From Candidatus Omnitrophota bacterium (GTDB lineage Bacteria > Omnitrophota > Gorgyraeia > Gygaellales > Profunditerraquicolaceae): a DNA stretch of 36,143 bases. The notes below the pieces were generated by a model. It worked only from the letters and a program-made list of their open reading frames with translations, made no database searches and was not told the DNA's origin. The translations under genes were made by a program, and so were the position numbers. The stretch is from the NCBI GenBank assembly GCA_028710845.1, contig JAQTTI010000001.1:1-36143 (forward strand), given 5' to 3'. Positions within the stretch are counted from its first letter, which is position 1, and the number at the start of each line of letters is the position of its first letter. This document shows positions 1-8,493 of the stretch, in pieces.

Positions 1-141
1 AAAACAATATTTATTCCGGTTATTTTAAACAAGATTATCACTAATCCTGCGATGAAAAGCGATTTTTTTCATCCTAATGGACGGGGTTACCAGGTAGTTG
101 CCCGCAGGGTATATCAATCAATTTCCGCCTATATCGAATAA
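1..141 (+). CDS. SGNH/GDSL-family hydrolase, C-terminal fragment (5' end outside window)
   Basis: Frame 1 is open from position 1 to TAA at 139-141. It translates to ...KSDFFHPNGRGYQVVARRVYQSISAYIE, which contains the block V D-x-x-H-P-N-x-x-G motif of SGNH hydrolases. Confidence 0.6.
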   Translation, partial: KTIFIPVILNKIITNPAMKSDFFHPNGRGYQVVARRVYQSISAYIE

Positions 142-142
142 A

Positions 143-2341
143 TCATTCCTTTGGCGATAGAAACGGGTTTTTGATCGATCCTAAGAAGTTAACGTACTGG
201 TCAGTCCAGGGATTGATTCTTTTAGCTTCTTTATCGCTGATCCAGCCATCCATTTCGAGTATTTTTTGCAGCGGCCCCAGATCAAGACATAAAACCATCC
301 AGGTGCAGATATCAGCATCCTGGTCGGTTACAGTTTCGCTTCCGGTATTTTCGAATACGTAAAACCCGCACTTTTCGCCTGCGCTGTAAATAACCGGTTT
401 AAGGTCGAAGATTCTATTAGAAACATGAATCAATATAATTCCGTTTGGGTTTAATACTCGTTTATATTCCCGGATCGCTTCTACTGTTATTAAATGCGGC
501 GGGATCGAATCGCTGTTAAAAACATCGATGATCAATAAATCATATTCTGCCGAAGGCGTCCGGCTAAGTGAAATCCTGCCGTCTCCGAAGATGTAGTTTA
601 TTATTACTCCTTTATCTTCGGCTTGTTTTAAATAACTGAAGAACCTTTTAGCAATCTTTAAAGTATCAGGGTCTAGCTCATAAATAGTTAGAAAACTGTC
701 TTTTTTAAAGTAGATGGATAGAGCTCCGGTACCCAGGCCCACCATTGCGCTTTTTTTAAAATTCTCAGATTTTTTAGTAAGCAATTTCCCGGCAGGGGTG
801 GAAGGATGAAAATAACCTAAAGGCAGTGAAGTTTTTGGCCCGCTGATGTACTGTCTTCCGTGCAAGGTGGTGCCGTGCTGGAGATAGCGCTGATTGTCTT
901 TCTCGTATACGAAATTTATCCCATAAAAATTCCTGGATTTAAATGTTTTGCTCAAACTCAAAGATATTCTTTCGGTTTGTTGGTGGAAAATAAGGATGGT
1001 TAAAAGGACTAATGTAATAAGCGCCGGTTGGCTGCTGACAATCCTTAAAATAACGAAGATTAAAAAAGTTATACAGATCATAATTGCCCGGGGAGACAGG
1101 CGGAAAGATTCGATTAAAATAATAGGCAGCCAGGCCAGAACAAAAGCCGTTAGCCCCAATAGTAAGACAATCTTTATTGCCTGGGGTAAATATCCGCGCA
1201 GTTGGGTCTGTTTTTTAAAGGGATAGGATAAGGCCAAAGAAGCGATAAAAAAAGAAACCGGATATTCTAAAAGCGATTTAGTGACCAGGGGGAATATTAT
1301 CCCTACCAAAAAACTTCCGGCAAAACCTCCCAAAGCCAGAAAAAAATAAAAAATGGTCAATTTATTTTTTTCTTCCGGTTTTAACCGGGCCAGCTTTCCG
1401 TGGCAGTTCAGGCAGATAATAAAAAGCAGGCTTAACTCGATTATTAAATTCAGCCCTGCCGGAAATCCCATCCGGAAAATCCCCATCAAGTATTTTGTAA
1501 TACCGATGGCAATAGCCGCTGCGAATGCTTTATCTATCCAGCTTGGATACCATGGGTTATGCTTAAAAACCAGCACAAAGCTTAAGAGGTAGACGGCCAG
1601 CGGTAAGCACCAAAGAAAAGGTATGGCCGCAATATCAACTGTAAGCGAATTAGTAACAGCTAACAGGGTAAAGCAGCCGGCTGCGCTTAAAAGAAACCAC
1701 TGTAGTATATGTTCCGGTTTAGTCTGCTTTTCAGCTATATTTTCAAGAGGCTGCTCTTCAGTAAATTTTTTAGGGAGGCAAAAAGCGCATAAAATAAAAA
1801 GAGATAGATAGCCTGCCCACCAGATATAGCCTTGTTGGTTAAGGGTAAACAGGGGCTCAAAAAACAAAGGGTAGGTTAATATTCCCAGAATTGCCCCTAA
1901 GTTCGAGGCGCTATAGAGCACGTAAGGGTTTTTCCTTTCCGGAAGATTGTTTATATAAAGCCAGTTTTGCAGAATGAGGCTTATCGTAGACAGGGCAAAA
2001 AAAGCCAAAGCGCAATTTATGGTAAAAAGATAAGATACGGCTAGTATCGGGTTGGCAGATAATTTAAAGCTAGCGAATTTTTCGAATTGAAAAGGGAAAG
2101 CCAGGAAAGGGATAAGCAGTAAAAGAATGTGCCATTTGGAATATCGGAATACCCCGATTAACTTTTGGCTAAGATGGGAGTAAAGATAGCCTAAAAGCAA
2201 GGTCCCCTGAAAGAAGAGCATACAGGTTGCCCAGACCATGTAAGCGCCGCCGAGGACGGGGAGGATGGCCTTGGAAAAAATAAATTCTATCTGGAATAGT
2301 AAAAAAGAGGCCAGAAATACAGTTAATCTGTATCTAAACAT
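143..2341 (-). CDS. Fused polytopic membrane domain plus spermidine/spermine synthase-like methyltransferase-fold domain
   Basis: 732-aa ORF. About 460 aa of hydrophobic segments are followed by VGLGTGALS ... DLLIIDVFNSDSIPPHL ... LNPNGIILIHV, the pattern of spermidine synthase-like AdoMet-binding folds. Confidence 0.65.
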   Translation of the reverse strand: MFRYRLTVFLASFLLFQIEFIFSKAILPVLGGAYMVWATCMLFFQGTLLLGYLYSHLSQKLIGVFRYSKWHILLLLIPFLAFPFQFEKFASFKLSANPILAVSYLFTINCALAFFALSTISLILQNWLYINNLPERKNPYVLYSASNLGAILGILTYPLFFEPLFTLNQQGYIWWAGYLSLFILCAFCLPKKFTEEQPLENIAEKQTKPEHILQWFLLSAAGCFTLLAVTNSLTVDIAAIPFLWCLPLAVYLLSFVLVFKHNPWYPSWIDKAFAAAIAIGITKYLMGIFRMGFPAGLNLIIELSLLFIICLNCHGKLARLKPEEKNKLTIFYFFLALGGFAGSFLVGIIFPLVTKSLLEYPVSFFIASLALSYPFKKQTQLRGYLPQAIKIVLLLGLTAFVLAWLPIILIESFRLSPRAIMICITFLIFVILRIVSSQPALITLVLLTILIFHQQTERISLSLSKTFKSRNFYGINFVYEKDNQRYLQHGTTLHGRQYISGPKTSLPLGYFHPSTPAGKLLTKKSENFKKSAMVGLGTGALSIYFKKDSFLTIYELDPDTLKIAKRFFSYLKQAEDKGVIINYIFGDGRISLSRTPSAEYDLLIIDVFNSDSIPPHLITVEAIREYKRVLNPNGIILIHVSNRIFDLKPVIYSAGEKCGFYVFENTGSETVTDQDADICTWMVLCLDLGPLQKILEMDGWISDKEAKRINPWTDQYVNFLGSIKNPFLSPKE

Positions 2342-2364
2342 TAAGGGGGGCTTAGAAAAGAAAA

Positions 2365-2447
2365 TGCCGAAGAAGGGAGTTGAACCCTTACGAGGTTGCC
2401 CTCATCGGTTTTTGAGACCGACGTGTATGCCATTCCACCACTTCGGC
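2365..2447 (-). tRNA. tRNA-Leu (anticodon CAA), class II with long variable arm; CCA not encoded
   Basis: The reverse complement folds as acceptor GCCGAAG/CTTCGGC, 3-bp D stem GTG/CAC, anticodon stem TCGGT/ACCGA with loop CTCAAAA, variable arm GAGG-GCAA-CCTC, T arm AAGGG-TTCAACT-CCCTT and discriminator A. Confidence 0.92.
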
Positions 2448-2460
2448 GGATAATTTTAAG

Positions 2461-2489
2461 TTGACGCTAAGCATTTTATATTCTAAAAT
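2461..2489 (+). promoter_or_regulatory. Sigma70-type promoter for tRNA-Ala (TTGACG, 17 nt, TAAAAT)
   Basis: -35 TTGACG at 2461-2466, exact 17-nt spacer, -10 TAAAAT at 2484-2489. It lies about 30 nt upstream of the tRNA 5' end. Confidence 0.6.
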
Positions 2490-2501
2490 AGCAAAGGTCA
2501 A
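2473..2501 (-). promoter_or_regulatory. Sigma70-type promoter for tRNA-Leu on the minus strand (TTGACC, 17 nt, TAAAAT)
   Basis: Reverse complement reads TTGACC (2501-2496), 17-nt spacer, TAAAAT (2478-2473). It is interdigitated with the plus-strand tRNA-Ala promoter. Confidence 0.55.
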
Positions 2502-2521
2502 TAATTATTAAATAAGTTTAG

Positions 2522-2597
2522 GGGGCTGTAGCTCAGCTGGGAGAGCACTTGCATGGCATGCAAGGGGTCAGGAGTTCGATCCTCCTCAGCTCCACCA
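2522..2597 (+). tRNA. tRNA-Ala (anticodon GGC), CCA encoded
   Basis: GGGGCTGTAGCTCAGCTGGGAGAGC... with the G3:U70 identity pair, anticodon stem CTTGC/GCAAG with loop ATGGCAT, T arm AGGAG-TTCGATC-CTCCT and 3' ACCA. Confidence 0.95.
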
Positions 2598-2602
2598 AAA
2601 TT

Positions 2603-2791
2603 TTTACGACAAGTAAAAATTTTGGTGGTGCCCAAGCGAGCGTAACGAGGCGATAAGCCGAGTAGCGAGCGGGGTACCACTACCTTATTATTTTACGACA
2701 AGTAAAAATTTTGGTGGTGCCCAAGCGAGCGTAACGAGGCGATAAGCCGAGTAGCGAGCGGGGTACCACCACCTTAGTAATTTACGACAAG
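2603..2791. repeat. Tandem direct repeat, 89-bp period, 2 full copies plus an 8-nt third start
   Basis: Copy 1 (2606-2694) and copy 2 (2695-2783) differ at 3 positions. ACGACAAG recurs at 2784-2791. Each unit contains the stem GGTGGTGCCC / GGGGTACCAC(C/T). Stops occur in the plus-strand frames I read. Confidence 0.9.
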
Positions 2792-2792
2792 C

Positions 2793-2819
2793 GGACGGAT
2801 AATATCCGTCCTTTATTTT
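2793..2819 (+). terminator. Rho-independent terminator closing the tRNA-Ala/repeat transcription unit
   Basis: GGACGGAT-AAT-ATCCGTCC (8-bp stem) followed by TTTATTTTA. Confidence 0.75.
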
Positions 2820-2827
2820 ATAAGTAA

Positions 2828-2856
2828 TTGACGCTGATTTTAACCAGGAGTATAAT
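2828..2856 (+). promoter_or_regulatory. Sigma70-type promoter for nfo (TTGACG, 17 nt, TATAAT)
   Basis: -35 at 2828-2833, 17-nt spacer, consensus -10 at 2851-2856. The ATG lies only 8 nt after the -10. Confidence 0.6.
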
Positions 2857-2864
2857 TAATTACT

Positions 2865-3710
2865 ATGATTCTAGGCGTTCATGTTTCCGGTGCAGGTAAA
2901 ATTTATAATGCCTTCGATATTGCCAATAGCCTTGGTTGTAATACCATGCAAATATTCAGCCGCAGCCCGATGGCCTGGAGAAGGGAGCCGAATATTTCCT
3001 CCGAAGATGCAGAAGAATTTAAGGCCAGGCGTAAAAAATTTAAAATAAACCCGGTTTTTATCCATGTTTCTTATTTGATTAATCTGGCTTCTCCCGACAA
3101 CCGGCTCTATCATGGTTCGATCAAGGCTTATATCGAAGACATGAAGGAGGCCGCGGCGTTAGGTGCCGACTATATCGTTACCCATATGGGCAGCCATAAA
3201 GAAACCTCCGAAGACGCCGGGATAAAACGGTTCATCGAAGCGCTGAATATAATTTTAGAAAAAACCAAGGGATCCCAGGTAGGCATCTTGTTAGAAAATA
3301 CCTCCGGAAGCGGTTCCTGGCTCGGCTACAGGTTTTACCATCATCAAAAAATCCTGAAAGGCTTAAAGGAAAAATCGCGGGTGGGCCTTTGCATCGATAC
3401 TGCCCATGCTTTTTTGTCCGGGTATGATTTATCAACCAGGGAAGGCCTTAAAAAAATGGCCGATGAAATCGAGGAAATGGTAGGAATAAAATTGGTTAAA
3501 TTAATCCACTTAAATGACGCTGCAGATAAGCTTGGCAGCCTTCATGACCGCCACCAACATATCGGCAAAGGCTATATCGGCCTTGAGGGGATGAAAAGGA
3601 TCATCAATTTCCCTAAATTTAAGAATATTCCCATGATTTTAGAGACGCCGAAAACTTTACCGGACAGCGATAAAAATAACCTGGCCTTGGTCAGGAAATT
3701 AAGGGCATAA
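2865..3710 (+). CDS. nfo: Endonuclease IV (AP endonuclease, TIM-barrel xylose isomerase-like fold)
   Basis: 281 aa. N-terminus MILGVHVS..., [35 protein letters not shown] and HQHIG match Nfo metal-ligand blocks. Confidence 0.9.
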   Translation: MILGVHVSGAGKIYNAFDIANSLGCNTMQIFSRSPMAWRREPNISSEDAEEFKARRKKFKINPVFIHVSYLINLASPDNRLYHGSIKAYIEDMKEAAALGADYIVTHMGSHKETSEDAGIKRFIEALNIILEKTKGSQVGILLENTSGSGSWLGYRFYHHQKILKGLKEKSRVGLCIDTAHAFLSGYDLSTREGLKKMADEIEEMVGIKLVKLIHLNDAADKLGSLHDRHQHIGKGYIGLEGMKRIINFPKFKNIPMILETPKTLPDSDKNNLALVRKLRA

Positions 3711-3712
3711 AA

Positions 3713-6112
3713 ATGTATTACGATTTTAAAGAAATTGAAAAGAAGTGGCAAAAAAAGTGGTTGGCTACCGGGGCTTTTCGGGCCAGTTGCGACCAAAAAA
3801 GGAAAAAATATTACTTATTGGAGATGTTTCCTTATCCTTCCGGAAAGATCCACATGGGCCATGTCCGCAACTATACCATCGGCGATGTTGCCAGCCGGTT
3901 TAAAAGTTTAGAAGGCTATAATGTGATGCATCCGATGGGTTTTGACGCTTTCGGCCAGCCGGCGGAGAATGCGGCGATAAAAAATAAGACCAAACCGGCC
4001 GACTGGACCCACAAATGTATCAAAGAAATGGAAACTGAGTTAAAAAAGATGGGTTTTTCCTATGATTGGGAAAGGGAGATTTCTACCTGCGACAGCGATT
4101 ACTATAAGTGGAACCAGTGGATATTCTTAAAGATGTTTGAACGTAAGCTAGCCTATAAGAAGGCTTCGCAGGTAAACTGGTGCCCCAGCTGCCAGACTAC
4201 TTTGGCTAATGAAGAAGTGATCGAGGGTGGATGCTGGAGATGCCATACCAAAGTCGAACAAAAAGAATTAGAGCAATGGTATTTAAAAATTACCGAATAT
4301 AAGGAAAGATTGTTAGAAGATCTGGATCAGCTTAAAAACTGGCCGCCCAGGGTCCTGGCCATGCAGAATAATTGGATAGGTAAAAGCTCAGGGGTAGATA
4401 TTTATTTTCGGCTAAAAGGAAGCGATAAGACAATCCCCGTATTTACTACCCGGCCGGACACCATTTTCGGGGCAACCTACATTGTTTTAGCTCCCGAGCA
4501 TCCGCTGGTCAAAGATTTAATCAAAGGCAATCCCCAGGAAAACACCGCTCTTGAATTTATCAAAAAAATTTCCGGGATCAGCAAAATAGTGCGTTCTGCA
4601 TCTGACGTAAAGAAGGAAGGGGTATTTACCGGGAGTTTTGCGGTTAATCCGGTAAATAACGAAGAAGTGCCGATTTGGATTGCCGATTATGTTTTAATGG
4701 AGTACGGCACAGGCGCAATTATGGCTGTGCCTACGCATGACCAGAGAGATTTTCTTTTTGCCAAAGAGCATAAATTACCGATGCGGATTGTAATTAAGCC
4801 CAAAGATAACCCAGTGAATTCTGCTCAAGAATTAACCGAGGCTTATGAAGGACAAGGTGTGCAGGTTAATTCCGGAAAGTTTGACGGCCTGCCAAATGAA
4901 GAAGCGAAAATAAAAATAGCTCAATGGATGGAAGAGCAGGCTTTTGGAAAAATAAAAACACATTGGCGTTTACGTGACTGGCTAATCTCGCGCCAGCGTT
5001 ATTGGGGGACACCGATTCCCATAATTTACTGCCCGGTTTGTGGAGTTGTCCCGGTTCCTTACCAAGATTTACCGGTTAAACTGCCTGCGGATGCTCCGTT
5101 TACAGGGGAAGGCGGAAGCCCGTTGGGAAAAGTTAAAAAATTCGTGGAAACCAAGTGTCCTAAATGCAAAAAAGAGGCAAAGAGAGAGACGGATACAATG
5201 GCCACTTTTTTTGACTCTTCCTGGTATTTTTTGAGGTTCTGTTCGCCTGGATTCGACAAGGCTCCCTTTGACGTGGAAGAGGCCAGATATTGGATGGTGG
5301 TTGACCAATATATCGGAGGTATCGAACATGCTATCCTGCATTTATTATATTCAAGGTTCTTTACCAAGTTTTTTCAGGATTTAAAAATGATAGATTTTAC
5401 CGAGCCTTTTGATAAATTGCTTACTCAGGGGATGGTTTTAAAAGACGGCGAAGTGATGTCAAAATCAAAAGGAAATATCGTCGATCCTGATTCAATGATT
5501 AAGAATTACGGCGCCGATTCCCTGCGCTTATTTATTTTGTTTGCCGCCCCTCCTGAAACTGAACTCGAATGGGACCAGCGCGGATTAGAGGGGGCGTTTA
5601 AATTTTTAAACCGGGTTTGGCGGATTCAGGAAAATTTAAAAAATACTGGAGACCCGGAAATTTTGCGTTCTTTACATAGAACTATCAAAAAGGTTAGCGA
5701 AGATTTCGCCGGTTTTAAATTTAATACCGCGATTGCCAGCCTGATGGAGCTGACTAATTCTATTTATCAGCTGGGATGCGACAAGGAAATTTTCTCTAAG
5801 CTTTTAATCATGCTTAGCCCGATTGCCCCGCATTTTTGCGAAGAACTTTGGGAGATTTTAGGCAACAAAACAAGCATATTTAAATCAAGCTGGCCAAAGT
5901 TTGACGAAAAATTACTGGTTGAAGAGAAGGTTGAACTGGTAGTCCAGGTCAACGGCAAGCTGCGTAGTAAGATTCAGGTTGGTCGGGATATTACCGAAGA
6001 CAAGCTTAAAGAGCTAGTCTTAAAAGACGAAAAGGTTGCTTCCTGGTTGGAAGGAAAATCCCCGAAGAAATTCATCGTAGTTCCCCGTAAACTGGTAAAT
6101 ATCGTTATATAA
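3713..6112 (+). CDS. leuS: Leucyl-tRNA synthetase
   Basis: 799 aa. [16 protein letters not shown] (HIGH motif), VMSKSKGN (KMSKS motif), and CP1 editing-domain blocks ([12 protein letters not shown]). Confidence 0.97.
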   Translation: MYYDFKEIEKKWQKKWLATGAFRASCDQKRKKYYLLEMFPYPSGKIHMGHVRNYTIGDVASRFKSLEGYNVMHPMGFDAFGQPAENAAIKNKTKPADWTHKCIKEMETELKKMGFSYDWEREISTCDSDYYKWNQWIFLKMFERKLAYKKASQVNWCPSCQTTLANEEVIEGGCWRCHTKVEQKELEQWYLKITEYKERLLEDLDQLKNWPPRVLAMQNNWIGKSSGVDIYFRLKGSDKTIPVFTTRPDTIFGATYIVLAPEHPLVKDLIKGNPQENTALEFIKKISGISKIVRSASDVKKEGVFTGSFAVNPVNNEEVPIWIADYVLMEYGTGAIMAVPTHDQRDFLFAKEHKLPMRIVIKPKDNPVNSAQELTEAYEGQGVQVNSGKFDGLPNEEAKIKIAQWMEEQAFGKIKTHWRLRDWLISRQRYWGTPIPIIYCPVCGVVPVPYQDLPVKLPADAPFTGEGGSPLGKVKKFVETKCPKCKKEAKRETDTMATFFDSSWYFLRFCSPGFDKAPFDVEEARYWMVVDQYIGGIEHAILHLLYSRFFTKFFQDLKMIDFTEPFDKLLTQGMVLKDGEVMSKSKGNIVDPDSMIKNYGADSLRLFILFAAPPETELEWDQRGLEGAFKFLNRVWRIQENLKNTGDPEILRSLHRTIKKVSEDFAGFKFNTAIASLMELTNSIYQLGCDKEIFSKLLIMLSPIAPHFCEELWEILGNKTSIFKSSWPKFDEKLLVEEKVELVVQVNGKLRSKIQVGRDITEDKLKELVLKDEKVASWLEGKSPKKFIVVPRKLVNIVI

Positions 6113-6177
6113 AAAATGGGGTCAGAGCTAATTTATCTTGTCTTAAATCCAGATAAATTAGCTCTGACCCCATTTTT
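6112..6177. terminator. Bidirectional intrinsic terminator hairpin between convergent leuS and the response regulator
   Basis: Perfect inverted repeat 6112-6138 / 6151-6177 (27 bp including the A/T runs, 23 bp core ATGGGGTCAGAGCTAATTTATCT) with a 12-nt loop. An A-run flanks it on one side and a T-run on the other. Confidence 0.75.
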
Positions 6178-6539
6178 CAATTAAGAAGGTCTTGAATGTG
6201 GAAGAGCAGCCTTTGGTAATCGATAGGTTTTTCGATATAGACGGTGATTCCGCTTTTAGCGGCAATATGCTTGTCAATTTCCTCGTGTTTTAATGATGCG
6301 GCGATAATCGGGGTATCAATGAATTCCGGCAGGTTCTTTATCTCCTGTGCCACTTTAAATCCGCTTTCATCCGGCAGGACCAGATCCAGGAGGATACAAT
6401 CCGGTTTCTCCGTGTTGAGTTTTTCCATCCCTTCTTTCGCAGAATAGGCGACTATTATTTCATATCCGGCATTGGTTAACTCTTCCTTGCTTTTCTTGGC
6501 GATATTATAGTCGTCTTCAATAATCAGTATCCTAGCCAT
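6177..6539 (-). CDS. Stand-alone response regulator receiver domain (CheY-like)
   Basis: 120 aa. ILIIEDD acidic pocket, ILLDLVLPDESG phospho-acceptor Asp context, conserved Lys-Pro (YIEKPID). No output domain. Confidence 0.85.
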   Translation of the reverse strand: MARILIIEDDYNIAKKSKEELTNAGYEIIVAYSAKEGMEKLNTEKPDCILLDLVLPDESGFKVAQEIKNLPEFIDTPIIAASLKHEEIDKHIAAKSGITVYIEKPIDYQRLLFHIQDLLN

Positions 6540-6646
6540 ACAACAAAGTATACACTAAGAAGCTTCCGATTACAATCCTGGGAAAGATAAAGATTCCGGT
6601 TAGATTTCTGGGTTATTCTCCGTCTATTAAGGAGGGAGGATAAAAT

Positions 6647-6976
6647 ATGCTCGATTTTACGCCCGAAGAAAAAAAGATCATCCTGTTTCTTTTGTACCTA
6701 GGTTTTTGCGGATTAATTTTAAGTAACTTGATCAAGGCCTGGCCGCAAACAAAAAAATTAGTCTATCCCGGAGTTGAGCTGGCCAAAGTAAACCTTAATA
6801 AAATCGGTTTAGAGGAAATACAGCGTTTAAGCCTTATTCCCCCAAAGATAGCCCGCCAAATCATCGAATACCGGAATATCCATCAAAGGTTCACTAGCCT
6901 TGAAGAATTAAAGGATGTAAAAGGCATAGGCCCCAAGCGTTATGAAAAACTAAAAAGCATATTTTTTATTGAATGA
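6647..6976 (+). CDS. comEA: ComEA-family helix-hairpin-helix DNA-binding protein with N-terminal TM anchor
   Basis: 109 aa. One N-terminal TM segment, then VNLNKIGLEEIQRLSLIPPKIARQIIEYR...FTSLEELKDVKGIGPKRYEKLK (tandem HhH). Strong RBS AAGGAGGGAGG. Confidence 0.8.
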   Translation: MLDFTPEEKKIILFLLYLGFCGLILSNLIKAWPQTKKLVYPGVELAKVNLNKIGLEEIQRLSLIPPKIARQIIEYRNIHQRFTSLEELKDVKGIGPKRYEKLKSIFFIE

Positions 6977-8379
6977 AAAGGCCGCTTGTGTTGTTTACCG
7001 TTTTTTATTGCTCGGGGATCTTGTTGGGTAATTTAATACGTTTTAATTTTTGGGTAATCATCGGTTTAGCGCTAGCCATACTTTGCTGCTTAAATATCTT
7101 TCTAAAGAAGAACCGCATGTTTTTAATCTTAACATCGGTTTTCACAATATTTGCCGGTATCTTGAGCCTGGAGAATTGTCGGAGGTTGCCCTCCTGCCAT
7201 ATTAATAATTTTATCGGGTATAAGAGCAGTTTTCTTTATTGCTTGAAGGGGTTTGTTGACAGCGATATCGAAACTAAAAATAATTATTCTGAATTTATTT
7301 TTCGTCCGGAGGAGATGCGATTAGGAAAGTTGGGGTGGAACTGTTGCGGCAAGGTATTGATTAGGACGGATTACGCAAAAGATTTAAATTACGGCGATAA
7401 TTTAATGCTTATCGGAAAAATATCGCGCCCCTACCCAAATGTCTCCGGATACAAAAATTATCTTATGCGGCAGGGTATTTATTTAACTATGCAAATTAAT
7501 GATTCGCGCCAGGTTATCCGTCTTACGGAAAAAAGCGGCAATCCTTTTTTAAGGTTTTCCCGCTGGCTGCGCGGTAAGTCAGAGTCTGTCATAAGCGGTA
7601 ACCTGGAAGATGTCCCCTCCAGCATACTTTCTGCGATGATACTTGGGCAAAGGCGTAATATTCCCTGGCTGGTAAATGACTCGATGGTAAAAACCGGAAC
7701 AGTCCATATATTGGTAGTAAGCGGTTTTAATGTAGGTATTGTCGCTTTTATCTCCAATTTATTGCTTAAAATCCTGCGGATACCCCGCCGCCCGAGGCTT
7801 ATTTTTATAATAATATGCTTATTGGTTTATTGCTTTGTAACGGGCGCAAGTAATCCGGTGATAAGGGCTACAATAATGGGGGTGATTTTTCTCTGTTCCT
7901 ATTTTTTTAAAAGGGAGCCCGACATATATATCTCTCTGTCTTTAGCTGCTTTGATTATCCTTATTGTTAATCCGCCGCAGCTTTTTGATATAGGTTTTCA
8001 ATTGTCTTTCGCCAGTGTTTTTGCGATAGTCTTTGTTTATCCCCGGCTAAAGAACCTTTCCGGGGGAATGTTCTCTAAAATTAAAATTTTACAGTTTATC
8101 TATGATAGCAGCCTGGTTTCGTTCTCTGCCTGGTTGGGCACATCAGGGATAATATTGCTTAATTTCCGTATTTTATCGCCGATAACCGTTTTAGCCAATA
8201 TCCTGATTGTCCCGTTGGCTACTTTGATTACTTTAACCGGTTTTACCCTGGTCCTATCCGGAGCGCTTTGCCCTTTTTTAACCAATCTTTTTAGTTTCCC
8301 AGCTTCGATGTTGATTAATTTGCTTTTAGTCCTGAATACAAAACTAGCGAAATTGCCCTTTGCCTACTTTTCTTTTTGA
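6973..8379 (+). CDS. comEC: ComEC/Rec2-family DNA internalisation channel protein, without a metallo-beta-lactamase domain
   Basis: 468 aa polytopic protein. GTVHILVVSGFNVG hallmark of the Competence domain. ATGA overlap with comEA. Confidence 0.8.
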   Translation: MKRPLVLFTVFYCSGILLGNLIRFNFWVIIGLALAILCCLNIFLKKNRMFLILTSVFTIFAGILSLENCRRLPSCHINNFIGYKSSFLYCLKGFVDSDIETKNNYSEFIFRPEEMRLGKLGWNCCGKVLIRTDYAKDLNYGDNLMLIGKISRPYPNVSGYKNYLMRQGIYLTMQINDSRQVIRLTEKSGNPFLRFSRWLRGKSESVISGNLEDVPSSILSAMILGQRRNIPWLVNDSMVKTGTVHILVVSGFNVGIVAFISNLLLKILRIPRRPRLIFIIICLLVYCFVTGASNPVIRATIMGVIFLCSYFFKREPDIYISLSLAALIILIVNPPQLFDIGFQLSFASVFAIVFVYPRLKNLSGGMFSKIKILQFIYDSSLVSFSAWLGTSGIILLNFRILSPITVLANILIVPLATLITLTGFTLVLSGALCPFLTNLFSFPASMLINLLLVLNTKLAKLPFAYFSF

Positions 8380-8409
8380 TTTTGGCTTTATGAAAAGCTA
8401 TTTGTAAGG

Positions 8410-8438
8410 TTGACAAATCTTTCCGGCTATGTTAAATT
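8410..8438 (+). promoter_or_regulatory. Sigma70-type promoter (TTGACA, 17 nt, TAAATT, with TGT extended -10)
   Basis: -35 at 8410-8415, 17-nt spacer, -10 at 8433-8438. It is upstream of the bamD-like gene. Confidence 0.55.
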
Positions 8439-8493
8439 GGAAAGGTTAAATTAACCCATCTATCAATCCTGTAATCCTAGAAATCCGAACCTT

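Noticed and set aside
2265-2453. 62-aa plus-strand ORF in the track
   Set aside because: It lies antisense across tRNA-Leu and the start of the 732-aa gene, with no RBS. Spurious.
2498-2680. 60-aa minus-strand ORF in the track
   Set aside because: It runs antisense through tRNA-Ala and the 89-bp repeat and uses a non-ATG start (GTG). It is an artefact of the RNA region.
2603-2791. Possible CRISPR array or integrase att-site duplication next to a tRNA
   Set aside because: There are only two contiguous copies with no spacers and an 89-bp period. The repeat does not duplicate the tRNA-Ala 3' half. No integrase, cas or mobile genes are nearby.
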